Of a DNA stretch of 64,000 nt, positions 27,901 to 39,977 are shown one piece after another. The stretch is from Paragordius varius. Its lineage: Eukaryota > Animalia > Nematomorpha. The stretch's first letter is position 1; the number at the start of each line of letters is the position of its first letter. A program made the position numbers and the translations under genes. The notes beneath the pieces are model-generated. The model searched no databases. It was not told the DNA's origin and worked only from the letters and a program-made list of their open reading frames with translations. Location of the stretch: positions 992,001 through 1,056,000 of the forward strand of contig OZ176058.1 of NCBI GenBank assembly GCA_964247055.1, read 5' to 3'.

Positions 27901-29907
27901 TCATAAATCTGAGCGTGAAAATAATGGAGATGCCGAAGACCGCTTAACTTTTGCGCTATACAATGACGAAACAAATAATTACCATGCTAACAATAATAAC
28001 CAGTCGATGAAACAATTAACTAATGGATACGATAGCAATGAGATAAATAATAAGCTTACCTCGCCTTTTATGATTAATCACTCAAACGGTATAGATAATA
28101 GCAATGATAATTTATACACTGACCCCTACCTTAAATCCGACACCTTAAATTATCACAATGGTAATGGTAGCAGGAAGCCTCAAGAAGTCTTGCATGCCAC
28201 GTCACCCTTATACCATGAAAATAATAAATTTTCTAACAATAATATCAATGATTACAATGGGACGGTAGGCGAAAATAAGCAGCCTACGAATTATAATCAA
28301 CCACTCACAAACGGGAACCTATATGAATCAATAGGAGGTCTTAGTGAATTTCATACAAACAATAGTCCATTACAGGCTTACCCCCTTAAGAGTGAGCAAA
28401 AACGACTAGTTGAACGCCTCGTATTCTATCAAGACCAATTTGAGTTACCCAGTGCAGAAGTGGTCAAGAGTATAGAGGTATATTTAACTCAAGGCGGACT
28501 ATTTTTAACCTTTTTTGACCAATTTATTATTGCGTTACTAAAATAGATTTTAACACATTAAAATGCTACCAAACATTTTAAATTAAATATCTTATAATTG
28601 AGAATATAAATGAAATTTTGAAAAGCGAAACCTTTTTTTAAGATTCGAAGTAGCTGTTTTTACTGATTTTTGTGCGCCAGTGTTTTGTGCAAAAATAAGT
28701 TAATTGAAATAATTATCTCATTTGTATAAAAATAATTATAGGAATACTCTGAACAAGATACGAAAAGTAATGCAAACCAAAAAACTTTTATGAAAATGGC
28801 TCAATTTGGAATGCTAAACATACAATTAATTATTGAATTTAGTAAACGCTTACCAGGGTTCCAATCTCTCCTACGTCAAGATCAAATAACTATCTTAAAG
28901 GTTTTAACATATAATTAAAATATTTTTTTTATTTCATTTATAGGATAAACACCATAGATATCAAAGTACTACTTCTGGTAATATTTCGATAATTAAGATG
29001 AATATACGTATAAATTTTAGTTAAATATTATATCCATACAAAATTCTATAAAAGGAAATTTTAATGCCATAAAATTGGTTATGGTTTTAGTTGGTCAATA
29101 AAATAGAAGTATGATTGTATTGTCTTGGGTTAATTTACAAAGAACACCAATGGTGGGAAAAATATATGGCCCAATATCTGCATGACCTACATTTTAAAAA
29201 AAATATTATTCCTTTTTTAAATTAATTCTTAATTGATAAAATAATTTATTTTATTAATAATTCTAATATAAAACGATAAATAATGCATTATGAAATTTGG
29301 CTCATTGTAGGAGCTTTAAATTGCCAACAAAAGGTTTGTGGGATGGTATCCTTACCATTAAACAATAACTTAAGTTTGAGCCTGATTTTGAAAATCTAAC
29401 ATCATGAGCTAATTAGTTTGGTGTTCTTTATTTTTATTAGGAATTTCCTTAATAAAAGGTCACAGGCCGCATTCGAAATTTATTAGATTTTAAATGTAAA
29501 ATACAAATATACAGTATTCATTTTAATGGTTGCTTATTTCACAACACTATAGTAGGGCAATTTGCAACACAGAAGTGCATGAGTAAAAACAACAAAATGT
29601 GTAGAGACAATTGTTAACATTCTTTTTCCATACACTTTTGTTTTGCAAAGTGCCCTAGTAGAGTGTGAAATTAGCAACCCTTAAAATGCATACTGTAATA
29701 TAACTATTTTTCTAGTTCTAATTTAAAAAAATAGAAAAATTAACAAAATATTAATTTTACTAACATTTAGTGAACATATATTTTAAATTAAGGGTTATTT
29801 ATTGAATCGCATTCATGCGATCGCAATTAGTCACTCGTGATTTACACATTTTTTCATTTGCTAACGTACTATCTATCTATCTATATATATATATATATAT
29901 ATATATA

Positions 29908-29978
<71 letters not shown>

Positions 29979-32486
29979 CCACATATATATTTATAGGCCT
30001 GTATGTACGAAATTATGTTGATAAAAACGGCTAGGAGATATGACCTAAATACAGACACCATAGTGTGTTGTGACAATAAACCTTATACGCGGGATAACTT
30101 CAAGAACAGTGGGATAGTTGATGTGTGTGATAGCATGTTTGATTTTTGCCGGGGTATGGCAACCCTAAAGGTCGACAATGCAGAATATGCCCTGTTGACG
30201 GCCGTATGCCTTTTCCAAGGTTATAAATTATTTATTATATACTTTGCTGTTAAATTATTACACGGTGGGTATTAAATTTGAAGTCAAAAATGAAACACAT
30301 AAATTGCAAAATTAGTTGACAAAAACTTATAAACTTTCGTAAACTTTGGTATACGGTAAATTTAATTAATGAAGTTTTTGGCTTTTAAATATATTATATA
30401 TGGAAAATAAATTCTTTTAATTAACAAAAATAAGATTTTTGTCTGGGTATTCCAACCCTAAAGGTCGGGAAATACAGAATATGCGCTGTTAACGGCCGTG
30501 TGCCTTTCTCAAGGTTTCTTTTCATTTTAGTTGAAAATAAAAACTTTGATAAATATCTCAAAAATATGCATGAAGTTTTGAGAATTAAACTTCTTTTGTA
30601 AATTTTGTGAAAGGTCATTTTTCATGAAATATAATTATTAAATTTATATATTAAGTGTTTGGTTCTTAAAGCATAGCATATATAATGAAGACATGATATA
30701 ATTTTAAGGATCTTGCGTAAATATAATCGTAAATTAAACGATGATATTTTTGTCGGGGTATGGTTACCCTAAAGACATTAACGCAGAATACACTCTATTG
30801 AAAAACGTATTTTTTATCCAAGGTTTTTAAATTTTATGATACTTTTAAAAAAATGGAATAAAAACAGAAAAAAATAATAAGTATGCCAAAAAGTAATATT
30901 TTCCAATTTTCAGTAATATTTCTTAAAAAAACGTTTATCATTGCGGATAACTTCTATTTTACTAATTTATTTTATATAATAGAACGCCCCGCTCTTATTG
31001 AACCCAAAAAGGTTGAATCAATACAAGAATACTACTCTGATACCTTGAGGTAAAATCATTTAAATATTAGTTTGTATGATGCAGTTTAATTGAAATTGCA
31101 TCTATTACTTTTGTAATTTTATACCCATAAGCTTATTCTATTGCCAATTGGCCAAAAAATGTGAAATTTATTATTGCCACTATCTATTTGATTAGATCTT
31201 ACGTCCAAGCCCGACGGCCAAGTGGAAGTAATACTCTTGCTCGGCTACTTGTCAAACTTCGAGACTTGCGTGAAATAAATAATAGCCATTCATCTATGTT
31301 GTACAGTTTAAAGGTTCAAAACTTCCATATCCCACCACTTATGGCTGAGGTGTGGGATCTTAATTCAATCGGTACTCCTACCACAACTACAGTAGAAAAT
31401 GTATCATCCAATGAATCTTTTAACTCTAATAAACCCTTATTATTGGTAAATGAAGATCAAATGAATTCTAACTCAAACCCTAACCCTAATAATAAGGTAA
31501 ACAAGAATGTTGAGAAGGGTACTTCTTTTTTTGTTGGTTCTCATCCCTCCTATGAGAATAATGGTTCCAGTAAAACAGCCTGTAATAAACAGTCAGATAT
31601 GCAGAACTTACATGAAGAATATGCAAACTATCAGTTTATAGAAACGGAGTCACCATCAGCTCTATACAAGGGTACTTTTTAATATTTTTATTAATACATA
31701 GTTAATCACATTGTATGTAAACGAAAAAAATAAGGCGAACGGATCAAAAGCATATAAAGTTATCTTAAAAAAACCATGAACGGTTTCATTATTTTGCTCT
31801 ATTTTGTGTGTTTACTAAAGAAAAAAATAATTATCTTTGTAATAAAACTATTTGTTTTAATTTTAAAAGTTTCTTGCAATGTTGAATTTTTACTTTAATA
31901 CATAGATGTTATGAATCATCAACCAGCATCGGCAAATAATTTGCCCTCAGACAATGGCGTTTTCAAAGACGAAACACATCAAACTAAAAATCATTGTTAT
32001 GATACGTTTGAATTTAGAGAGGGCCATACAAACAATCATCAAACAAAGGAATCGAAATTTACTGGTACAGCAAAATTGATATAAGAAATTTTTTTAATAA
32101 AAAGTTATAGCGTTTTCGCAAACGGATAAAAACTTTACATGTCCGAACGCACTAGTTTTATGATAAATTGACTTTTGTGTAGCACACTATATTTGTTTCT
32201 ATTTATAGGTCATGTTAATAACCAGGAAGACTGCTTAAAGCATAATAATTTTATCAATTTTTCTCCTAAAGCAAATGATTCAACTCACAATGGCTCTCTT
32301 AATAATCATGTAGAAAACAACAACAATCAGAATCTTAACAAAAATGATAATGTACAATCAAACCATTATTTCAATCATTTGTCACCAAATATCAGTCATA
32401 CAGCTTTTGGAAATGAAAATAAAATTAGTTTAAGTGGTTCTACCACTATCACGAATCATAAAAGAAAACACTCATCATCGCCTTGA
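13973..32486 (+). CDS. EcR: Ecdysone-receptor-like nuclear receptor (NR1H), joined CDS of 8 exons: 13973-15794, 26790-28477, 28742-28900, 29997-30219, 30983-31049, 31196-31671, 31906-32064, 32209-32486; 1623 aa
   Basis: C4 zinc-finger DBD ([28 protein letters not shown]...[29 protein letters not shown]). LBD motifs [60 protein letters not shown] match EcR/NR1H. All introns are GT..AG and exon lengths sum to 4872 nt (divisible by 3). Orthology to EcR rather than a divergent NR1H paralog needs a phylogeny. Confidence 0.85.
16633..16834. mobile_element. MITE family B (near-perfect hairpin CAGTATGCATTTTAATGGTTGC...)
   Basis: TA-flanked palindrome; other copies 29512-29695 and 46807-46981; partial at ~18050-18215 and ~22690-22885. 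Confidence 0.8.
17567..17790. mobile_element. MITE family D (single hairpin copy, CAGTCA terminus)
   Basis: Extended inverted repeat (AAATATTTGGTAAAGAATG...AGAGCTCTATGGTA / TACCATAGTGCTCT...CATTCTTTACCAAATATTT); TA flanks. Confidence 0.6.
18854..19139. mobile_element. MITE family A (Tc1/mariner-pogo-like; TA|CAGTAAAAATTGAAATTATACGGACAAAACG...), intron-1 copy
   Basis: Long TIRs and TA flanks; the most abundant family in the window. Confidence 0.75.
21139..21362. mobile_element. Short relative of the 21-bp foldback family
   Basis: TA|CCATTTACAGTTCAAATTCACCC...GGGTGATATTGAACTGTAAAT; related pieces at 23386-~23610 and ~44955-45278. Confidence 0.55.
24765..25190. repeat. Irregular minisatellite, core TTATAGAT(A/G)TGCACA, ~12 copies at ~27-35 bp spacing
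   Basis: Core repeats read directly, e.g. at ~24766, 24801, 24954, 24988, 25085, 25117, 25144 and 25171. Confidence 0.75.
26790..28477 (+). CDS. EcR: EcR-like coding exon 2: second zinc finger, ~485-aa hinge, LBD helix 1
   Basis: Acceptor TTTTACAG|TG; frame of ORF 26711-28546; donor GAG|GTATAT (phase 0). Confidence 0.92.
28742..28900 (+). CDS. EcR: EcR-like coding exon 3: LBD helices 3-4 (EYSEQ...[17 protein letters not shown]); not in the ORF track
   Basis: Acceptor TTATAG|, 159 nt open frame containing the NR LBD signature, donor AAG|GTTTTA. Confidence 0.92.
29512..29695. mobile_element. MITE family B copy (EcR intron 3)
   Basis: TA|CAGTATTCATTTTAATGG...AAAATGCATACTG|TA. Confidence 0.8.
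29869..29974. repeat. (CTAT)n/(TA)n microsatellite just upstream of the exon-4 acceptor
   Basis: Direct reading. Confidence 0.95.
29997..30219 (+). CDS. EcR: EcR-like coding exon 4: LBD helices 5-8 ([16 protein letters not shown]...[12 protein letters not shown])
   Basis: Acceptor TTATAG|GCC; donor CAAG|GTTATA (phase 1); strong EcR-like motifs. Confidence 0.92.
30434..30513 (+). pseudogene. Decayed duplicate of the 3' end of EcR exon 4 (30141-30219), copy 2
   Basis: About 13 differences in 80 nt by manual alignment (~84% identity), including a 1-nt insertion; donor CAAG|GT retained. Confidence 0.85.
30743..30822 (+). pseudogene. More decayed duplicate of the 3' end of EcR exon 4, copy 3
   Basis: TTTTTGTCGGGGTATGGTTACCCTAAAG...GCAGAATA...CCAAG|GT aligns to 30141-30221. 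Confidence 0.7.
30983..31049 (+). CDS. EcR: EcR-like coding exon 5: LBD helix 9 ([23 protein letters not shown]); not in the ORF track
   Basis: Acceptor ATAATAG|AA; donor AG|GTAAAA (phase 2); matches the EcR pattern DRPGL.....VE.IQ..Y...L. Confidence 0.9.
31196..31671 (+). CDS. EcR: EcR-like coding exon 6: LBD helices 10-12 (AF-2 [10 protein letters not shown]) and start of F domain
   Basis: Acceptor ATTAG|A; frame of ORF 31161-31682; candidate donor AAGG|GTACTT. If unspliced, the frame stops at 31682. Confidence 0.88.
31906..32064 (+). CDS. EcR: EcR-like coding exon 7: F domain
   Basis: Acceptor CATAG|AT, 159 nt open in the phase required by exon 6, donor ACTG|GTACAG; coding-like composition; no family homology to anchor it. 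Confidence 0.7.
32209..32486 (+). CDS. EcR: EcR-like coding exon 8 (terminal; ...KRKHSSSP*)
   Basis: Acceptor TTTATAG|GT in the phase required by exon 7; frame of ORF 32175-32486; N/H-rich composition like the other exons. Confidence 0.7.
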
Positions 32487-33289
32487 AATATGCTATGATT
32501 TTGGTCTGTAGTTTATTATTTATAAACTTTTTTGGCTAAAATGATAGTATCAAATTATTTAACGAAAATGTTTATGATGTTTTCAACGTATTCAGCGCGC
32601 ATAATTGCGAATCTTTGCATTTAACCATAGCTTATTTAATTCAAAACTTACCCAAATTTTTTTTGTAAAATATTTGATATTTCCGCATTTAGTTAATGTG
32701 AGCGCATTTTCCCCTCATAATTATATAATGTTTGATCCCCAAATATATTATAGAGATTTTTCAAGGATTTCATATATTTTTTGTATCCTCACTTTGTACA
32801 TTTTTTTTATAATACCCAACTTAGTCAATTATTTTGTAATCATGTTGTTTTTTTTCATACAAATTTAAATTATATATCCTATTTTTTTCTACCACTTTTT
32901 GTATGATATGAAATCAATTGAGATATATGGAAAAACCAAAAATATTATAGCGCTTTACCCTAAATTCATTTTCTACAAGCGAAAAACTAATTTGGCTTGA
33001 ACGATGACCAAACCATTGATTTTGTATGCATTTTTCATTTTTCGCACCCCTAGAAATCTATTCTGTATTGCTGTTATAAAACTTTTGATATTTATACCAC
33101 ACACATAATATAAAAAATTTAATATATGCTCACAATTTTCAAAACTTGAAATTTTGATATAATTTATGATTTAGATTGATAGCTACGCAAGCGCACCCTA
33201 AATTTTTAATTTAAAATTTTTTTTAGCGAAAATATGTGGTGTTTTGTAATACAACTGCATTTAGCTTTATATTATTAAAAAATTATTTA

Positions 33290-33323
<34 letters not shown>

Positions 33324-35400
33324 CTTAGATTTAGACTTATTCATCGAATAAGTTATATGTATAAGGGATTTTAGATTAATTATTAATAACGGATGTAATC
33401 ACTAAAAATATTATTATTTGATAATTTTTTTACAATAATAATAATACAAATATTAATATCACCTCTTTATTACACATATTAATCAACAATAGTTTTTATA
33501 CCAATTATTTTTTTATAATTATTATTAAAATATATTATATTGCATATCAAGCATACCACCTACACAAAAATAATATTTAAATTTATAATAATTAATTCAA
33601 CAAAAATAAATGATTTATAGTGAATGAATCTAAATTAAAGAATCTAAAATAGATCGAAAAGTGGTCCTTACAGTATTTAATATCATGCCGACAAAATATG
33701 GAAGATAAATATTTTAAATTTATTGATCAAGTATATTAATGATTTCACCTCCATTTTCTTCATCGCAACCCGAAGCGATTTGGTTGTCTTTTCAAAAATA
33801 AGCATAATGTGCGCAGATTAAGCTATATTTTGATATGGAGCAAATACCACAAAGTGGTATAACTTTTTTTTAACATCAGTAAGGCTCAAAACCAAAAGTA
33901 CCATAAAAATTTTGATATGCTTATCCATGTCCCTCAATTTTGTGCACTCTACAAATTCTTATAAAAAAAGTATCGAATTCTAGTGCTATTGGTTTTGGGC
34001 CTTACAAGTCATTATTTACTCCTTTTTGCAAATTTCTCCGCCAAATAAAAATCGAGCCCTTGAAAATGAACTAGTTTTCTTAAAACAAACGCAATTCCGT
34101 GATGGTGCAATTTAAATATGCGCTTTTACTCGAAAATATTTTTTGTAAGGTAATTGTTTTTTTAGAATGGCACAAACGGTATAAAAACACTTGAAACATT
34201 ATAAAAAAGACGTTTTAAAATAATTTGCCGAGGTTGAACATTTTTATAGAATCGGATCTTTGATTCAATTCCCGAATTCAATTAACAAAAAACTCTTTAA
34301 AATTTGCAGGGAAACAATAATCACAAATGTGAGGGAATCGTATTTATTATATAAAGTGTTTTTTACCGTTCTTTTATGATTAAAAAACCATATAATACTT
34401 TCAATAACATTTTACTAAAAAAATAAATTTGAGGAGTATATAAAAATGTGTCATAATTTTATTTGTGAATAATGATCGCAGATTTCGGCATTTTTGCGAT
34501 TATTTTATAAAAATGAATTGAGTCTTTCAAAAAATTTAAAAACTTCAGAGCCTATGCCTAAAAAAATTTAAAAATAAATTAGATTTGCTTTAGTTATTTA
34601 CATATATATTGATAATTTTAGGGTGAAACACTACTCTTGACCAAAAGATATAGTAAAAATTAAATTATACGAGGAAAAGTTAAACTAATAGATAATTTTT
34701 TAAACGACAACCATTCTTTTCGTATTTTCCATACCTATAGTTTGATCTTTATTTCATAATTTGCTGTTCAAAACTATGAGTTATAATTATTGCAATCAAG
34801 TTAAGTACAATGGTCTTTAAAAAAATTATTATTACATTTTGTCACTATAATATGAATTATTATTATATTAAGCAATTATGTCGGGAAATCATACGATATT
34901 TGTTAATTCCTTCCCGCGAGGGCACAAATAAACCAGTAGAATGTATATATATAATATATTATATATATATATATATATATATTAATCAGGATATATTTAT
35001 CATCTGTGCGCTGTGTAAAACCTAAATAATTTCTTATGCACGGATCGTAGTCGAGGTAATTTTTGAAAAAGTTTCTATGAGCAGTTCAGAGGTTGTCATT
35101 TTATAATTATAAAAGTCAATAATAAGATAGATCAAAAAGAAAATTCGATCTATTCGAAACCTCTAACAAACTGGTTCTTAAAATGGTCCCAAAAAAAGAT
35201 ATTGGTACAAAAAATCCTTTTATTGGGATATTATAATTTATATTCGTCAAAATCTTTCTATTATTTACTGAAATACTTTTTACCTTGGTTTTTTCAGTGT
35301 ATCCTTTTTTGAATAATAATTTAACATTGAATGTATTCCCAATTTAATTATTCCTTATATTTTGCAACCAAAATAAGGTGATAATTTTATAATTCTAGAG

Positions 35401-35608
35401 CAGGGGTGTTCCAACACAAATGGCTGTGGGAGCCGAATACTGTAAAAAATTACTAGGTAAACTACTATTTAAGGCTAACGTATTGAGAAAATTTGTTTAA
35501 GGGATATAAATTTAGATTATAGGGTCCTATTTAAGTATTAAAATTTGTATTTGGTATTTTTTCTCGCGGAGTGCAAAAATATTTTAGTAGGCCGTTTTAA
35601 ACCTCCTG
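35401..35608. mobile_element. hAT (Charlie/Buster-like) MITE
   Basis: CAGGGGTGTT...AAACCTCCTG termini; 8-bp TSD TTCTAGAG / TTCTTGAG matching the NTCTAGAN preference. Confidence 0.75.
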
Positions 35609-37964
35609 TTCTTGAGTTTAATATGGTTGTTTTTGCACAAAATATTTAATTTTTGCCTTTTGTATCTTGTAAAAATAAACTACCCCTAAAATTATAACAA
35701 CCCGATCTCTTCTTACAGAATGAGCTTAAACTCCCCTGGACATTTTTGTATTGTTGTCAGTCAGTTGATTGTTTTTGTTAAAATGAATTCAAATAATGAT
35801 TTTTAGCATAAAAATCGTATTTTTAACCTTTATTTATAGTATGATTTGGTTTATTTTGAATTAATAATAAATTCAATAAATATTATGATACGTTGACACG
35901 GTAAATACAATATAAATGAAATTTTGAGTAAATGAAGTTTATACGTATAAAACGTAAAACAAATGTAAAAATATTTTTGAAATAGATAACAAAATTTTAT
36001 GTAACTAACTTTTTTTACACAATTAAATATATATTTACAAGTATAATATATACAGTATGAGTAAGTATACATTGCTACAAAGTTATTAATCATTACCAAA
36101 TAGCATATACAACAAAGGGGAGTATATTGACATTTACTTTTTATTATTAATAGTGCATATGCTATTTGGCAATAATTAATAATTTTCTAACATTATATAC
36201 TTACCCATACTATATAAAAGATAAATCATGGTTAGATAAGGTATACTTTTTGAAAAATATTCTTAACGTTTTTCAATATAAAATATTTGGTATTTCAACC
36301 AAAAATTTAAGAAAGAACTAACGAGAGAGGCCTAAGTGTGCAATGTGTGCCTGGTTATGAGATGTTAAAACGCATAATAAAAATAATAGTAATAAATGTT
36401 TAAAATATGAAATCATTTTTTGTAAAATTTATTAATATTCATAGACAATTTTAAATTATAGCTCTTTTATTAATATATATTTATAATAACTTGGAAATAT
36501 TACAGATATATATTAGCCATCTATTTAATTAGAATGTTTAAGCTCTAGAATTTTATTTATTATATAAGCAAACAGATATTGTGATCATTTGATGTTTTAC
36601 AATCTTATTATTTTTTTAATATTTAGGTGATATTCAAATTAAATTTTAAATATAAAGACACGTTGACTTAGGGACAAATATTAAGAAAACCAAGATTATA
36701 AAATTGGTTGTATTTTAAAAATAATATTTGTGTCTAGTTATTTATTATATTTCTTTTAGCTAAAATTGATATCAACATGTATATAAAATAATTAAATGTA
36801 GGATTGATTTTCTATTTTGATAAAGTGTTTGGATAATTTTATGAAATTTTAATATGCGATTACAAATCTATAGAAAATACCATCACCAATTCTGCCTCTA
36901 ACGCCGAGTATTGGTTTAGTTTATATGTTATGAGTTTTCACATATAAACCAAATTTTTCCCCTTTTTATTGTATAACAGTACCTATAATAAATCTTCCAA
37001 TATTAAGCACTGTGCTATAAATTTAAATACTTTTAAGAATTATAAAAGTATTGACTTATTAGACCAAAAGCCCTTTAAATAAGATTTAAGTAAATATGTC
37101 TAAATTGCTCGTTTTAATATGTTAGTAATATCATAATATCCCTAAATAAATATTAAGGCATACATAATTTAATGTAAGATATGAAAAACCTTTTTTTTAT
37201 CAATGCCTCAGGTTTTAATCACAGAATCGTCATTAAAAATGCATTCTTTTTCAATTTATGAGCATAGTTGTCCACTTTTTTTATTCTAAAAAATATCACT
37301 AAATCATATAAACTATAATCAAAAGTCATTGCAATCACATAATTTTATTTTCACAATGTGGGTTTAGAACTCAATTTTTTCTACCCTCAATAAATGAGTT
37401 TTACTAAAATAAAAAATTCTCAGATAGTTATTATGCTAGGTTTTGACACATTCTTTGTTTGTAAAAGGTTAAAATTTCTTTATCGTATTTATATAAAATT
37501 ATAGTGAAAACGCTATAAAAACATTTGAGGACATAAAAAATTATCCATATAAATCAATCGTTCTTAACATTTCAAGCATATATTAGTGTTTCTAAACACA
37601 TGTTAACTAATACGAATCATTAATCATAATCAGTTAAATAAAATATTCAGGTATTTCCTATAAAATTATAATCTTAAATAAAAGTGTTTTTCTACCGTTA
37701 TTTCATAATTATCTAAAAATTAAATTTTTATTCAACTTTTGAATTTTTAAAAAATGATTATCTACCATTTATTAATTTTATTGTAAAATAACTTCCATAA
37801 CAAAATTTTCAGTTTTGCAGGATGTCAAAATTTTAGACCATCGGAGCCTACATCTTAGAGTGAAAATGTAATACAAATATTTTTGTGCATTTTTTATATA
37901 GTTAATTTGTTTTGTTAAATTTTTATAACATATATAAATAAATAACATATCTATTTCATCTTAA

Positions 37965-38753
37965 CACTTCGATTCTTGGGGTATCTAAATACCCAGACTG
38001 TTGAGATTTTTATTAAATTACTGAAAGAAACAGTCTCATTTTACAGTAAAAATTAAATTATACTGAGAAAATGTAAAAATATAAAGACAAATATTTTTTT
38101 AAAAGACAACCATACTTTTAATTTTTTATTTTTAAATTTTTTTAAATGGTAAAATGTGGAATAGATTATATATTACTATACACAATCGATTCTTATTTAG
38201 AATTGTAACTAATAACTTATATCAGAAAAATAAGGTTTTAAAGAATATGGTTGTCTTTTAGGTAAAAATATTTAGCTTTATATTTTTACGTTTTGGCCGT
38301 ATAAAAATTTTTACTTATATTCATCTATCCTAATAAAAATTAAAAATATGCCGATGCTTCAAAATAAAATTTAGTTTAGGAAAAAATTTACCATATCAAA
38401 CTACTTTAATGCCATTTTTATTTTACTTTTTTTGCGAAATATCGTGTTTATTTAATTTTATGAAATTAGTCATATTGCTATTATATCACATCTAGCATTG
38501 ATAGAAACAGGAAAAGTGTTTTTTTTGTTTTATTTTAAAATTCTATTGCACACATTTCATGTTGAAATTTCACCTTTGCGTTTTATTTTAATGTAAATTA
38601 TACAAGGATTTGAATGATTTTTTTTATTTCAGTTAATATAAATGCAAACGGTTTCAATTGGATCCATATCTTTAAAATATTTAATTTTTAACAGGGGTAC
38701 ACAAGTACCCCAATTTAAATCGAAGGACTGAACTGAATGTGATGTATCCAGTT
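37965..38753. mobile_element. piggyBac-like element, second copy in opposite orientation, with a nested MITE
   Basis: TTAA|CACTTCGATTC..GGGGTATCTAAATACCC at the left; TACCCCAATTTAAATCGAAGGACT at the right; nested MITE 38044-38316. Confidence 0.6.
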
Positions 38754-39281
38754 ATTATAAAAATTATACCTATATCAAAAAAAGGTTTTAAAAAATGAGG
38801 TTATCTTTTTAAAAAAAATGTGTTAAAGTTTTGTTTTGTTTTAACAAGTTTTACTGTATAAAATTTATATTTTTAGCGTACATTCAGTAGGAATAAGTAA
38901 CGCTATTTTTTCAATATTGTCAAATAACATTGCAAAGAGGAATAGGGTTATTAACCAATAAAACTTTTTGGCGTGTATGGTATCTATAAAAAAAGTGAAA
39001 ATTTAGCAATAATATATTATATATTAAGATTAAAGGTATATCAACCAAAGATTAAGAGACATGAAGGCAAGAATTTCGTAATGTGCTAACACAGAAGATG
39101 AAAAAACGATTGAAAGTTGAAAAAATCTGTATAATCATAATAATAATCGTAAGTCTTAGCGGTAATAATTTTTTTCAACAACATTTTATATACTGATATT
39201 TTATTATTTGGTTTTTATGAATATAAAATGGTATTTATTTAGAGTTAAAAGTAGCCATCTATTTATATAAAAAAGATTATA

Positions 39282-39563
39282 CAGTGAAAACTTAAACTAT
39301 ACGAAAATGATAAAGACAAATATTTTTCCTAAAAAACAACCATACTTTTTAAATCTTAATTTATTTCAATTAAACTCATTGTTAAACATGAAAAAGTGTG
39401 ATATAGAGAAATATAACATACACAATCAACTCTATAAATTACAATCGTAATTAAATAGCTTATGTCAGAAAATTAAGATTTATAAAAGTTTGGTTGTCTT
39501 TTTAGATAAAAATATTTGTCTTTGTGTATTTACGTTTTGTCCGTATAATTTCAATTTTTACTG
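39282..39563. mobile_element. MITE family A copy
   Basis: TA|CAGTG...TTTTACTG|TA. Further full or partial copies near 38044-38316, 40416-40696, 41783-42052, 43590-43838, 53037-53301 and 63787-64000 (cut by window end). Confidence 0.75.
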
Positions 39564-39977
39564 TATATTTACACAATTTATATTTTAATATTTAATATAT
39601 TTTGAGATATTTTTCATATTTTAAAAATTATTTAATGTACTACTTAATTTATATCAACCATCTACATTAAGGATTATTAGAGCCCTTTTCAAAAGCATGA
39701 CGTCTATTAAGGCTGATCGCTTAACCCGTTATTGTATTTAAAATGGATGAATGAGGTAGTCAAAGCTGTTAATCTAAGGTCATGTTAATATTCCATGAGT
39801 GCAGTTCAACCAATTTTATTTTCAGATTTACCATTTATGTACTCTATTGAAATAAATTTTTAATTTACAAGAATGTCGCTTAGAAGTTATTTGACTATAA
39901 ATATACAATCCAATGTAAATTTTTTTAAAGAGTATTATAGTTGATTTTTCTCAAACACTCAAAAAAATACAATTATA

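Noticed and set aside
29815-30034. YI-repeat ORFs (also 17285, 23261, 34810, 57628)
   Set aside because: Artefacts of (TA)n microsatellites.
33700-34100. Possible Tc1/IS630-like transposase fossil on the minus strand (HKIEG..., VFAPYQ...)
   Set aside because: Only faint motif echoes across many stops and frameshifts; cannot be supported without an HMM search.
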